NCBI GenBank assembly: GCA_002633005.1
Contig: NMRA01000018.1
Span: forward strand, 1,572,814 to 1,636,813
Origin: Phoronis australis
Taxonomy: Eukaryota; Animalia; Phoronida
Direction of reading: 5' to 3'
DNA: 64,000 nt
A program made the position numbers and the translations under genes. How positions within the stretch are numbered: position 1 is the first letter of the stretch; each line of letters starts with the position of its first letter. Under the pieces are notes generated by a model. That model did no database searches and was not told the origin of the DNA. It worked only from the letters and a program-made list of their open reading frames with translations. This document shows, in pieces, positions 25,827 to 38,090 of the stretch.

Positions 25827-28800
25827 CATAGGCGGATTTAGGGGGGACAGGGAGCCTGCCCCTTGGCTGCCGCAAAAAATAAAATAGCAAGAGCGCAGGG
25901 AAATGTTGAGTTTATTAATTAAAGGAGCATGCCACCCAAAAAACAACCTAATTTGTATCAATTTAGATCGAGTAGTTCTACTCCATAACGACACGTACAG
26001 TTGCGTTACCTGACACCTGACGGCAGACGGAGGTGTTAAAATTATCCAATGACGTCATCGGTTTCACACGCAGTCTGTTCAGCAGTTCACAACACGGGTT
26101 ACTGGTGTCAGCTTATCGCTTGAAGTCATCGTTTAACACCAATAAATCATATCAAACTTCGATGTAAAACCCTTAAAAATACACCGAGTTCTTATAAAAA
26201 CGTGTTGTTTTATTTCGCTCATACGGATTTATTGGTATTTGGACACACCGTAGCCTACAAAGTTCGGCAGGCCAATAAAGTTCCGTAGCAGGAGTTCGGG
26301 GTCTGTTCGGAGATAATTTCGAGGTATTTTCCGTGAGATACAGACAGGAGAACCTAGATCTGTGTTGTTTAGACTTGTGATTTTTTTAGTTCTAAACACA
26401 AAACGTGCACGTGATTATGTTGGTGAATTAGCCACGAAACTGCAAATCTACTTACTCGTAGGGGGCCGCGAATTCAGGTTCCGCTTTGGCCACAGCACCG
26501 TCAGGACAGAAGTTGTACACTGAAAATCATTATTTGAGTAATGTAAATGTAAATAAAGATTCCCCTAACACCTGGCCGTGGGATGGAAATCGAGTTGTTT
26601 CACAAGCTCTGCCAGCAAACACTAAATTAGCATGAGCTCACAGGGCCTCGTTGACCCGTCAATTAGTTTTATTGCACCTGAAGCCGGTAACGCAGTGATT
26701 TATTCATTACTGGCTTCTCAAATCATTTGCTCTCACGAAAACTCCAAAGGCATTACAAATTGCATATAATGAGACAGACTTTGTTTCAGTTTTGTATAAG
26801 TATTGGTTAGGGTGAAATTAATTAATTTTGAAACAGAACGCTCAGTAATAAACGCCAACATGGCAACTCGCAATCCCGACTTAGGACGAGAGCTAGCTAG
26901 AGCTCATCAGTTCTGACTTCGCAGGTGGATCGTTAAGTTTTACAGGCTATCAATTCGAACAGGAATACAGTGATGAAGAAATACTAGAGAGGCGCCTTGA
27001 ACAAGCTCAGACAACGGAAAGTATGGAGTTATTTGGTAAGCCGGCATTCGTGAGGCACTCATACTTGCTATTTACAGCGTACGTTTCATTCTTCACTACC
27101 ATAAGCCACTTCCTAAGCATTTCAGAATCTCGAGGAAGTAAAAAAAAAAAACTGTATACCCACTTTCCTCGAAGCTGCTTAGTTCGGACAAGCGGGAACG
27201 ATGCACCGCAACATAGCGGCATTCACTCTGCATATGAACCACTGACGTCGCTAGCGTCGTTTCTCACCTTCCTCACAGGTTAACGCGACACATCTTGGCG
27301 AGGTAAGGTCGACCGTATGCGAGGCGATGTGGATATAGACAGATTAAGAAGGCAAAAAAGACTAATTAAATAGGGTGGCATTATCCTTTAACCCCGGTAA
27401 TTAAAATTATACGGATGAGAGAAGATTTAAATGTGTGCAGTTTTATTGTTTGGGGGGAGGGGGGGATCAGATCCAATTTCAAGTGTCGACGCAATCGTAA
27501 CGGAACTATCGCTAAGTATAGGCTCTCCCGCGATATCCCAGGCGACCGGCAGTGGCGTTGCGCACTACGACTCCGTTTCCGTCGTCTGCTCCACTGTGCA
27601 ATGAAGAAAATTATGGAATCTGAGTGGCCATGAAAAAACAGAAGCTGCTGGTAAGATATGAATTTTAATCGAAGCCTTAGTGAATCACTCAGAAACTCAT
27701 AATTCTCTCTTTGTCAAACCTTAACTTGAGACGATTTCCAAAGCAATCGCGTCTTTTGGGCAATTGAAGACTATTTTAAATACAACAAATTTGTTACGCA
27801 CCGATTGCACAAAATATAAAACGTGTAATCAGCATTATAAAAAGAAGTAGGTTTCGCGCGCAAACGCTGTGGACCATAAACAAGTAGGTCTCTTAGCGAG
27901 GACAACATACGTCACCAAATCGTTTTGCGTATCTGTGACCGTGTAAAATTCGCACATTACAATCGTCAAAACATCACTCAGAAATGCAATAAATGTGAAT
28001 AACAATTATCGTAAAGTATGAAATAATATGTTGTTTTACTTATCTTTTATTGTAGCAAAATCCGTTTAATAATACTTTGAGCGAGTTTTTTGCGGCGACG
28101 TGACCGATTTTCAGAGCAAAATTGATGTCGGTAAAATTGACTGCTATTTAGTTTTCAACCCACAAGACTAAACTCTCGAATTTTGACCTGAAACTTCGTG
28201 AGTGAATAAAAGGGACGCATGCAAACACGATTATGTAAGTGTTTTCACTTTCCTGCACTTAAAAGTTGAAAAGTTGCCTGTTCTCGCGACCTTCAACTTC
28301 GTTCTGAATTTATTAGTATATATTTGCGAACATAATGAATTGTATTCCGCATTAAAGGGTTCATTAATGAACTATTTTAAACACTTGTTGCAAACGAACA
28401 CTTCGTCGATTCCTGACAATCGGGCGTATTTCTGACTCACTTCGTAGTTCCGGGTACTGCCGCTAGGGGTGCTCTTGCGAATCGCGTTGAATGTTTGGTT
28501 TACAATACTGAAGCACTTCAACTTTTCCTGATGATAACTCAATGTAATAGAGAACTAAACAGTTATTTCTCGTAGTGATTACAATGATTCTCATATTCAG
28601 TTTCTTTTTCTATTTTGCCTCACATTTTTGTTGGTCAAGCACCTGAGACTAAGGGTTGGCTTGTTGCCAGAGAGGGACACACCCATAGTTTGCCTTCTTG
28701 ACCAAGACAGTTTAGCCAGAACATGTCAAGATAGAAAATGAAAACATTTTAATTTTAGATTAAATAAATATTACAATTGTACAGTTCTACTCCAGTCCTG

Positions 28801-30860
28801 TGTTTTCAAGTCTTTGTGGTCAATTAACATGAAACACATACATGCTTTCGATAAACTTTTTTCTAACCACTGGCAGGTATATACATGTAGTTTTTAACAA
28901 ACAATTGAGGTTTGCCTAGATTAATCATACATCTCACCCTGGTCTATATCCTCCAGATAAGCTTTGTTAGAAGGTACTGTGGATCAAACCAGTTGCTATT
29001 TTTTTCTTCATTTTTGTTCTTATAATTTCACTCCTATTTATCAGCCAACATGAAATCTCACATTTCTGTCTAATCAGACTCTGCTTCTATTTCTTGGTCC
29101 AAATCCTTCTACTATCCTGCTTCTACTGATTCAACTTGCATTTTATCAGTTAAGTCAGTTGCTTCTAGCCTCTCTCGATCTTCATCTTACTTATTTGGAA
29201 AGGCAGGATCGTATTCGGGTGTCAGGTTAATATCTGAGACCAAAGGCGGTCAAGAATGCCGACAGGTATACCATACTTGTGTCACGGAGGAGGATGATCT
29301 CATGGACACACGGTCTGAGCCTCTTTCTCTTTGGCTCTCCCCTCCACCCATCAGTCGATGCCTTTCAGCTCCTGGTGCCGTTGGGGAGTCCGCAAAGATT
29401 GTACCGTATGACACCACCACCACTCAAGACACTGTCAGAGAAATACTGACATAACCGACCTGGCTATTTCTTTTTCTTTTCACAATCTTTTAGCTTACTA
29501 GTATTATGTCACCTTTGTTTAAATGTTGTGCATAATTTCCACGTAATGGTAACATTTTTGCATAACATTGTTCAAATAATGCTTATATTCCGTAGCAACA
29601 AATCATTTATGAATCATAGTATTCTTTCAGCTCCCCGGATATCTCTCTTGGTTTTATATCTGTTGCGACGAAGATGAAGCTATCTACTCCTTTCTGCTGA
29701 TGGACGACTTTGGTCAAGGGAACTTCGAAGTGCTGAAATAACTCCATGTTGTATATAGGTATTCCAGTGACTTACGACAGTCAGCGAAAGGGTTTGACCC
29801 CCCCACCTTCCTTGAGAATGCCTTGAGAACTTAATTTATCTGTCCATCATAGATTACTTTTTGTGTTCATATCACTTAAGACAACTTTTGGATTATAAAT
29901 ATTGCAGTTGTTTATATACAGCATAAACATTCCTGGATGGCTCAAGACAGGGTCTTCATTATATCACATTGATGTGGAAAGTTTATGTAAAAGTTTTTTT
30001 TATTATATGTCTGTCCGAAGCTTGTATTAAAATGTTCTATTTATCATACTTGTCATCAATACATTTTTGAAATGATGTTTGTTTATCTTTAATTTTTATA
30101 CAACGTAATTAATTATAACAAAGTCTGTCGCATACTGCATTTTAACAAAAAATCACAAAATAATATCAATATTTTGCTCAGCCAATTATCAAATATCAAC
30201 TTTCCTGATAAAAAGTCTTTGAAATGATAACTTATTTGTTTTTTTCTGGAGTAATATTTATTTTATGCCAATTTGAAATCGCAAAATTGTACGTAATAAA
30301 TTTTCTTTGTCGTTGTATTGACTTTAAGGTCAATATCTTTGCACTGGAACGTCCAATCGAAATGTTTTTTTTTCAAATTATGTAACATAAAAAGTTCTTT
30401 AAAATGATGTATCACATGTATATCTACGTTACTTAGTAAGTCCAATTTAAAAACGTTTTCTACCGTTTTTTCAGTCTCGCCGAGGAGAGCTTTCCAATGA
30501 TGTATATTACATGCACATTTTCTAAATTTTTTGAAAAATGCTGTTCTCAGTATCTTAGTATTAAATCGAGGTGGTGTAGTGGTAAGAACGCGCGCTCTAT
30601 CCGCAAGGTCATGAGTTCGAGTCTGTGGTAACTGCAGTTTCTCGTGCTTGACACGTTCTCGTTTGTTTTTTGCTATTTTCTTAGATAATACTTCAGGAAT
30701 CAAGGAAATGCTTGATTTTTAGGGGAAAAAACAAAAACATTTCCTGGGCGGGATGGGGCAAACCTCCCATTCGGTGCTATGCGCATCTACAATCATGCTT
30801 TGCGCAAATGCTTACAGACAAAATGTTGGCCCCCCTTGTGATATCCTAGATCCGCCGCTA
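25827..30860. mobile_element. ~5-kb non-autonomous hAT-like element with nested Kolobok relic and cargo
   Basis: Same termini and arms as 15025-15967; TSD ambiguous (gtaca, or tgtgtaca/catgtaca). Confidence 0.75.
25923..27387. mobile_element. Internally deleted Kolobok-like transposon
   Basis: TIR AGGAGCATGCCACCC / GGGTGGCATTATCCT with TTAA TSD; empty site at ~15095; THAP-like relic on - strand (27007-27222, MPLCC...LPRDSEMLRKW). Confidence 0.75.
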
Positions 30861-31064
30861 CATGTACATAGCTTGCCTTATGAGCTTGACGACTGGTCGT
30901 TTGTTTTGTTAATTTTTGATGGATGACCTTGTACTTTGTGTTACTAGTTTGATGACGATGTCGGCTGCATTCATTAGACAAGCAAAACAGGTTTTAATCT
31001 TGACCCCTATCTCGTACAAGGTCTTATGTTGTACATGCGGTGTTCCGCTTGGCCATTTCCAACC

Positions 31065-31167
31065 ATGTCAGGCGCCTCTCTGTTAGTGACGCTCCTAGGG
31101 TTTTTCTGTTATTTCGTCTTCCAGCCTGCGATATCTTCACAGCCAACAAGATATAAGGATGTCTACG
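31065..31167 (+). CDS. sPLA2 copy 2 exon 1 (signal peptide)
   Basis: accATG context; MSGASLLVTLLGFFCYFVFQPAISSQPTRYKDVY is a hydrophobic signal; gtaagt donor, phase 1; conserved in all three copies. Confidence 0.85.
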
Positions 31168-32555
31168 GTAAGTTTTTTCCTTCAGCCACCCTGTGGGTGT
31201 TTGTGCAACCAGGCAAGAATCGTTTGCACGACTAAAAGCATTTTTTACAATCTGATAAAACATACATCATATTTGTATCAACTTGCATGCCTAAGGATAC
31301 TGAGAATCAAACGTATTTAAAGCCTAATTCACAAAATTTTCCGCTCACGACTAAAAAATAGTAGAGCACTGTGGCACCAAAGAAAATTGATTACCTTTTC
31401 ATGCCCAAAACAGCTCTGGGATCCCGGTCTATAAAATACAAACAGAGCCAAACAGGTACATCAGAAGCACACATCGTTAAATTTTGGTGGAAAGACAGCT
31501 TAAATTACTACAACCAGCATTTCGTAGACATGCAGGAAAAGACAGACCGTGTGAGCTCGACCCCATTTTCGGGAATGGAAATTTCTCACAAAGTTTCTCA
31601 GCTTCACTCTTGAATATTGCTTGCAAATTTAGGGAATTTTCAGGGTCTTTTTGGAATATTCAGTTTATTTCGTTGCAATCACGCCAGTAGAATTTTAGGT
31701 ATGACGAAGCAAGCTTCGGACCCCGGGCATTAACTTCGACCTACAGATTTCTGTACTGAAATGCAATTAATACTCTCACGATAACACGTCTTAATATGTA
31801 TTTTCAGCACTGGCGATTGGTGTTTTTGCGCACCTGATGACACATGTGAACTCTGGTGCATGGGCATGTGTTCCCGTGAAGTTTAGACAATGTATTGACA
31901 TCTTTGACAATCATAAATGTTTCACGGCCACTTGAACAAACTTGTTATCTTTGAAAGAACAAAAATGACAATTTTTAAGACAAAGTGCACATGCACGTGT
32001 TCAAATACAGTCGAACTAAAAATGCAAACATAGTCCTGTCAGAGTTGAAGAAATATGGTCTAAATATTGTATCGGTTTGGAGCACGTTGATTTTTGTAGA
32101 TGTAAATGCATTTCAGCAAAACTTAAGACGTTTTGCGAGACGAGTAATGAAAACTGGGACTTTAAACTTTTACTTCCGAATCTAATAACTACATTCAGAA
32201 CTGAACTCAGCGACTATAAACTCAATAGTTTAACTGGTTTTCACAAATGGCCTCAATGTTGTATATTGTTTTTTGTGCTAAATATTGCCATTTTACGAGG
32301 ATACCCCTGAGGCCAAAATATACCTGGTCTCACCTTGCTGTATTGCTGTAATATCTTGATGAAGTGATTTGTCTCTCAGATTAGTATTGTATTCGATATC
32401 ACGAATTGTTGGAGTGGGCAAAAATAACATCAAGACCTCAGTGGGAGTTAGGTACATGTAATATCTGCCATGTTTACTGTGCACGTCAAGTAAGCTGTTA
32501 ATCGCGTTCACTCTCCGTTTACAGTCTGGCTATAACCAATTGATTACATTTTCAG

Positions 32556-32606
32556 GTGTTGACGAGGATAGTTATGCTGACACCGCCTCAAAGTTGGATT
32601 TACGAG
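32556..32606 (+). CDS. sPLA2 copy 2 exon 2 (51-nt acidic propeptide exon)
   Basis: ttttcag / gtaag boundaries, phase 1-1, encodes (G)VDEDSYADTASKLDLR; paralogous exon at 62772-62822. Confidence 0.85.
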
Positions 32607-34092
32607 GTAAGATTGAAGCTTGTGCATAAATTTACTTGTACTGTTTCCGATAATTACGCCCACATAGAATGTAATTTCAACAACAATTCACACCTCTGAC
32701 CTATTTTCGTGCCCGGTGCGTGACCGGTACGCCACGTCCATCACTTCTGAAACTTTTATTGACGTACATGAGCCTTCTCAGCTTTGTATAGCCCGCCGTC
32801 ACGTTAAAAAAATGGCGACAGAGTCGTAGAGTCGTTGAGGTCATGCAGGACCCTAGAAAATTTAGGTTATTTCGAAGGATCATGTCTCAGAAATGGTTGA
32901 TCAGATTCATAACAAACTTAAAGATACTATGGTTTGTGCAATGTCCTCTAATTCCTTTTTTCGGAATTATTGTTCCAGTTTTGAATTGGGAGATATCATA
33001 AAGTGTTTTATGATTTTTGTGGAGAAATTTAAACATTGTAATTTTGCATAAAACAAAAATGAAGGGACGATTTCGATAACCGTAACAACGTTTTTGAAGG
33101 TAATTTTCTACGTTCATCGAGTATTTCATACGTGTGCTATTTTGTGTGTTGTATACTCTCAGACGTCCACTGTTTCAAACTCTAACTACAAGACTTTTGA
33201 CAACTATCACCAGTGCTGTATATTGCTATATTGCTTTTTGTGCAAAATTGATGAGAAACTTCAAGTTTCCTTGGTGTCATGACCGTTTGAAAACATACGC
33301 CATCAGTGTCATTGCTTACTTAAAAATGTCTGTTCCCATCTTGTGCGATAAATCTTTGTTGACATGAGACACGATAAATCTGATGACAAGTGCATTCCTG
33401 CTTGACGTAGTTTTCTCTGCAAGAGAAACAATAAAGTATGCATTGCTGGTTACCAATGTCACTAAATGTATTAATGAGCATAACTGCAATAATGTACAAT
33501 AATTGGAGTTTAGCCCAGAAAGCGTAAGTACTAATATACTGAATAAACGTTTATCTCTCTACGAATGTTGGATAGTCAATAATAAGGTTTCTGTGAGTCT
33601 GACAACTTTCTAGGATTATGATTGGGAACTTCAGCACAATTTCTGAGTACGTTAATAGGTCAACAATGCTCACATGGGCCATGTGACAAGCTGGAGTTGG
33701 GAAGGAACGGCAGCACTGTTGACATGGCTACAGCTAGGAAACGTCAGTCAAGTTGATGCGATGGATGCTAAGTTGGGGGTTATGCTATTTTCTCCTACCC
33801 CAGCAGCATGAGTAATCCTAACTTCAGCTCATAAATTGGCCCGCCGTAGTCTAAATCAAAAGTTGTTTTTACAAAAGGCGGGTTTCCAACATCAAGTTCA
33901 ACTGCAACTACATATCCGCCATTGACTGGCAAAATTCACCACATGTCGGAGTGTAACGTCGGTAACTAGTACACATATTGCAGGACATATTCCTATACTT
34001 AGTACTACATTCTGCTTTGTCCCAATTACCAACATTCAACATGTGTGCTTACATGTAGCTCAAACCACTGAGTTCTAATATTTTTCTCCCAG

Positions 34093-34255
34093 ATATTGTC
34101 ATCGATGGCAGAAAGCGTTCCTTCTTATACGAATATCCAAAGCTAGTGATGTGCGCTACCGGTAAAAACATTTTGCAAGGCCTTTATTACTTTGACTACG
34201 GCTGTTTCTGCGGCAAAGGCGGTGTTGGCTCTACTCCTGTTGATGGACTTGATAG
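34093..34255 (+). CDS. sPLA2 copy 2 exon 3 (RKR processing site, N-terminal helix, Ca2+ loop)
   Basis: (D)IVIDGRKRSFLYEYPKLVMCATGKNILQGLYYFDYGCFCGKGGVGSTPVDGLD(R); matches the YGCxCGxGG sPLA2 signature; AG/GT boundaries. Confidence 0.95.
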
Positions 34256-34968
34256 GTAAAGATTTTTTCAGGAATTCTAAGCATCCGCCGAATGACTGGT
34301 CATAAATACACAAGACACCATACTGTAGCCTAACGCCTTCCCGTCCAACACAGGCGAGGGCTTCATTTTCAAACTGAATCTGAAGAACCAATGAAGGCGT
34401 TGGTCACCGTCATGTTTTACGCACCAGGCTCATGGTTCTATTTGCTAAACGTTTGCGATTCATCTTAAGTAAAAAGGCTCCCCTTGGTCGAAACTCTGCG
34501 CTCTCCCTGTTCATTAACAAGTACCCCAGGTTGCAACTCATTGCAATTAACCCAATTTAAAAGTCACGATTCATAGAAACGTATTTAAACAGGTGTCACT
34601 TTGTTTTCATGGAATACAATGGTTTATAATATGAAAATATCAAAATCAAACTACACTCCAAATAGGCCACAAAAATAACGTTAGAAGAATCCTACTGCCC
34701 ACGGCTTACGCCTCTCTTGACAAGCGCACATACATGCACGTTGTCTATCTTTACTAATCAAGTTCCTGGAAATTGACACTTAAGTCTCAGTTACTCCTTT
34801 TACATGACCTCCTCAAGGCTCCAGGTTGACGTAAACCAGGCTCCGAACTTAGCTTATGCTCGATGTTCAACCATTCACGACAAATGTTCCAAGTGCAAAT
34901 TTGTCAATTTACTCAAAGCGTGCCATTCCATTAGTTTTTCATCTTCCCAATCCTTTCGAATATTTTCC

Positions 34969-37608
34969 CAGTGGCGGATCTACGGGGGGGGTTCAGGGGG
35001 TTTAAACCCCCCCCCTCGGGCCAGGACCCAAAAATTAAAAAAAAACAAAACAAAAACGTCTCTAGAAAAACAAAAACGGCACCGCCAGCGTGTGTAAACC
35101 CCGAGTAAACCAACTTGGAAAAAATGAGGGGGGGGAGGTTCACTCTGAAAATATATTTTTTGCATTGTGAATTGCTGTTATGAAAATCAACGCATTTCGA
35201 GTCTTCCTGGCTCATCGGCAAAACCCCGGAGATCAAGTGTGTGCGCGCTTCCGACGACACTTCTGAAGTAGCTAAGCATTTTAGATGGATCCACCGCTGA
35301 AAGAGCAGCCCTATAGCTGATTTCTTTAGGTAACTAGTTTCTTTACTCTAAGATATGTTTTGATTTGATTAGGGGAAATACTGTGGTGCCGCAACCCTGA
35401 TATTCAGGCGAATTGACGGGCAACGTTTTTACCGAAATTGACTGGTGTATTGCAAAGTTGTCTTGCGCAATATTATATAGTGTACATGAAAAAAAATCGT
35501 TTTCCGAAGAATTGCTATTATGGCGGGCGCCGTGGTCTGGTCGAGAGTCTGTTTGAAGATCATGGCACTCTAACAAGTTATGTCTATACAAGGAATGACC
35601 AAGGGGGCACTCACATTAACAAAGTGACCGCATTCGCGAACAGTGTACAGTACCAGGAATTGCGGGGAGGCTGTATTTTCACAGCAAAGTCTTGCGGGAC
35701 TCGTGCAATGTTCAATGGGCCTTCTAAGGAGCCCTAGTGCCGACCTCAACACCTACCGTCTTTCTACCTGCAATAAGCACCACTGAGGTTTTCTATAGTG
35801 GGAATTTCCGCAGAAAGGCCCACCCGACGAAACGCCCATGCCCATGGGCATATATTTGATGTTAGTACTTCGGGTTTCAAGCGTTCACACATTGGGATGT
35901 TTATTTCGAAAATTGCAAGAGATGCAAATGGGTCCTGGGATACATCGTCAAGGTTTGAAGTAGTCCATGATGAACGGAACAAATTTAGTTGCGCATGCTG
36001 TAAGTCTTTTGAATGGACTTGGTAACCTCAGGGAGCTTAGTGCCAACTGAGCTGCGAAACGAGATGCTGCATTGTAGAGGTGGACAAGCTCATTGACACA
36101 ACAGTTGACGAAGTGCAAGCCTTGGGAACAAACGTCGATGATGTCTGGGTAGAATGGTTCTAAGACAAGCAAACCATTGGATCCGATATACATATTCCTC
36201 GGCAGTCTAGACGGCAGGAAGATAGGACCAACGTTGCTGGAGAAACACCCAGGTAATAAGTTATAATTATTCACAGTTTGTAATAATGTCGTTTTTTTAT
36301 GCTTGTGTACAATGAAAACGAAATAGAAATTATTTTTAGACATGCCAAATTTACCCAGTACAGCAGAGGGTCTACGAGAGCACAGAAACTGATTCTGGTT
36401 TGTATTTCCACTTGAGTCTATCTGCTTCATATCCAAAATCTTATTTCACGTAGTGCGTAGTTAAATCTGTACCCAATACTTGTTTCTTCCAGTGAGTACT
36501 GCAGAACGGTGCGAAAACCCTTCCTTGACAACCTCTCGCAGCAGTTGACCAACAGATATGTAAACTACACGTATGAGCAACCACTGGGGATTAAAATGTG
36601 TCTAGAGAGAAGTTTCAATTCAAAATTTTTCGCAAAGTACGCTTTAGGTCTCACGACGGACCAGGCCAGCTTGATTTGTGTAGATATCGAGTTTCAGTGT
36701 ACTTCTGGTCCCTCGGCGAACTAGTCTTGTGATGTTTTTTACCAAAGTGTGGTTTGTAAAACTATTTATCTCAGCCAGTACTGTTTGGTCCCGCGACAGA
36801 TCGACTATTTTTATAGAGATAATTAGCACAGGTGTACTTTTGGTCTCGTGACGGACCAGGCCAGAGTTTTTGTGTACTCTCAGTGTACATCTTGTCCCTC
36901 TACGAACTACTCCTGTATATCTTTTCACCACGGTGTACGCCTACAAAGTGTTTTGGTTTCGTGAAACTGTTTTCAGATGATTTGTTTCCTGATACATTTG
37001 ACGTTTTTCAATTGTTGTCAACGTGATTCAGCTTAATAAAGTGATACTTAATTGTTTGTTGTTGCTTTTAGTAATAGACTATGAGCTGAGAGCACCATCG
37101 TTCGGCAGTTTTTCTCGTAACGAGACAGAACATGTTTATTTCCGGACTAACAGTACAGGTTTTCATTCTTAAACAGCTTGAGGCTGTTGCGATCATCTGA
37201 TATTCATTTTTTTACGCCCAGTGGGTGCTCCTTATAGTCTTCAATGTTTGGTAGTTGTCTAAACCCCTGTATACACACTACACTGTTTCGTATGCTAAAA
37301 AGGTGTGTAATCAGATGGTCCACCAAAAATTTTTGCTGGTGGTGTGACTCATACCCAGATGTGCACAAATATGGTTTCACGAAACTTATGATCCAAGTTC
37401 ATGTGTCGAAATCGAGAAGGGTTCAAACTCCAGGGACATGCTAAGTGCCAGAAACGTACCAGGATGCATGGAAATTTCACTGTTTGGCTACAAAAACAAA
37501 AAGTTGTCTTACACGCCCCCCCCCCGCTAGGAGCCACGCGCCTCGGATTCGACCTTTGCGGGAATCCTAAACCCCCTCAGTCTTACTGAAAACGTAGATC
37601 CGCCACTG
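34969..37608 (+). mobile_element. hAT transposon with degraded P52rIPK/ZMYM1-type transposase
   Basis: 16-bp TIR CAGTGGCGGATCTACG / CGTAGATCCGCCACTG; TSD tttcc; + strand relic IPRQSRRQEDRTNVAGETP [intron ~36253-36492] EYCRTVRKPFLDNLSQQLTNRY; stops and frameshifts. Confidence 0.85.
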
Positions 37609-37739
37609 TTTCCATTGGTCACGATTCGCCTTAGGAGAGTCGTGCCGCGTAATTCAGTGAGCTTGCGCTGTATACAACTTTGGTTTCAAGATATGAAGTT
37701 CGCAACTCATGTCCGTCGAGGCGCTAACGGTAAAATGAT

Positions 37740-38090
37740 TAAAAAGCATTGCCGACGTGTTCCTGTGAAAAGGCAAAATTAAAATGTGCATCGAATGCAA
37801 ACAGAACAACATTGTCAACGTATTCATGTAAACAAGGCGAAGTTTGCTTTAAACGTTCATAAACAGCAACATATTCCCAATGCATTATGAAACAAAGTCT
37901 GCTTTGAATGAAAATAGAAAAACACAGCCGACATGTTCGTGCAGAAAAACGCCCCCAACATGCTCCTTTAGAAGTGTGCTTTCAATGCAAGCAGAACGAT
38001 ATTGTCATCGGGCGTTTATGTAAAACATGAAGTGTGCTTTAAATGCAAACGTCAAAATATTCCCGACGTGTTCATGAAGAAGACGAAGTG
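37740..38090. repeat. Degenerate ~55-60-bp tandem repeat
   Basis: Recurring aagtgtgcttt.aatgcaa...cgacgtgttcatg motifs. Confidence 0.5.

Noticed and set aside
35948-36436. 162-aa - strand ORF
   Set aside because: It is the antisense shadow of the + strand hAT transposase relic and its intron.
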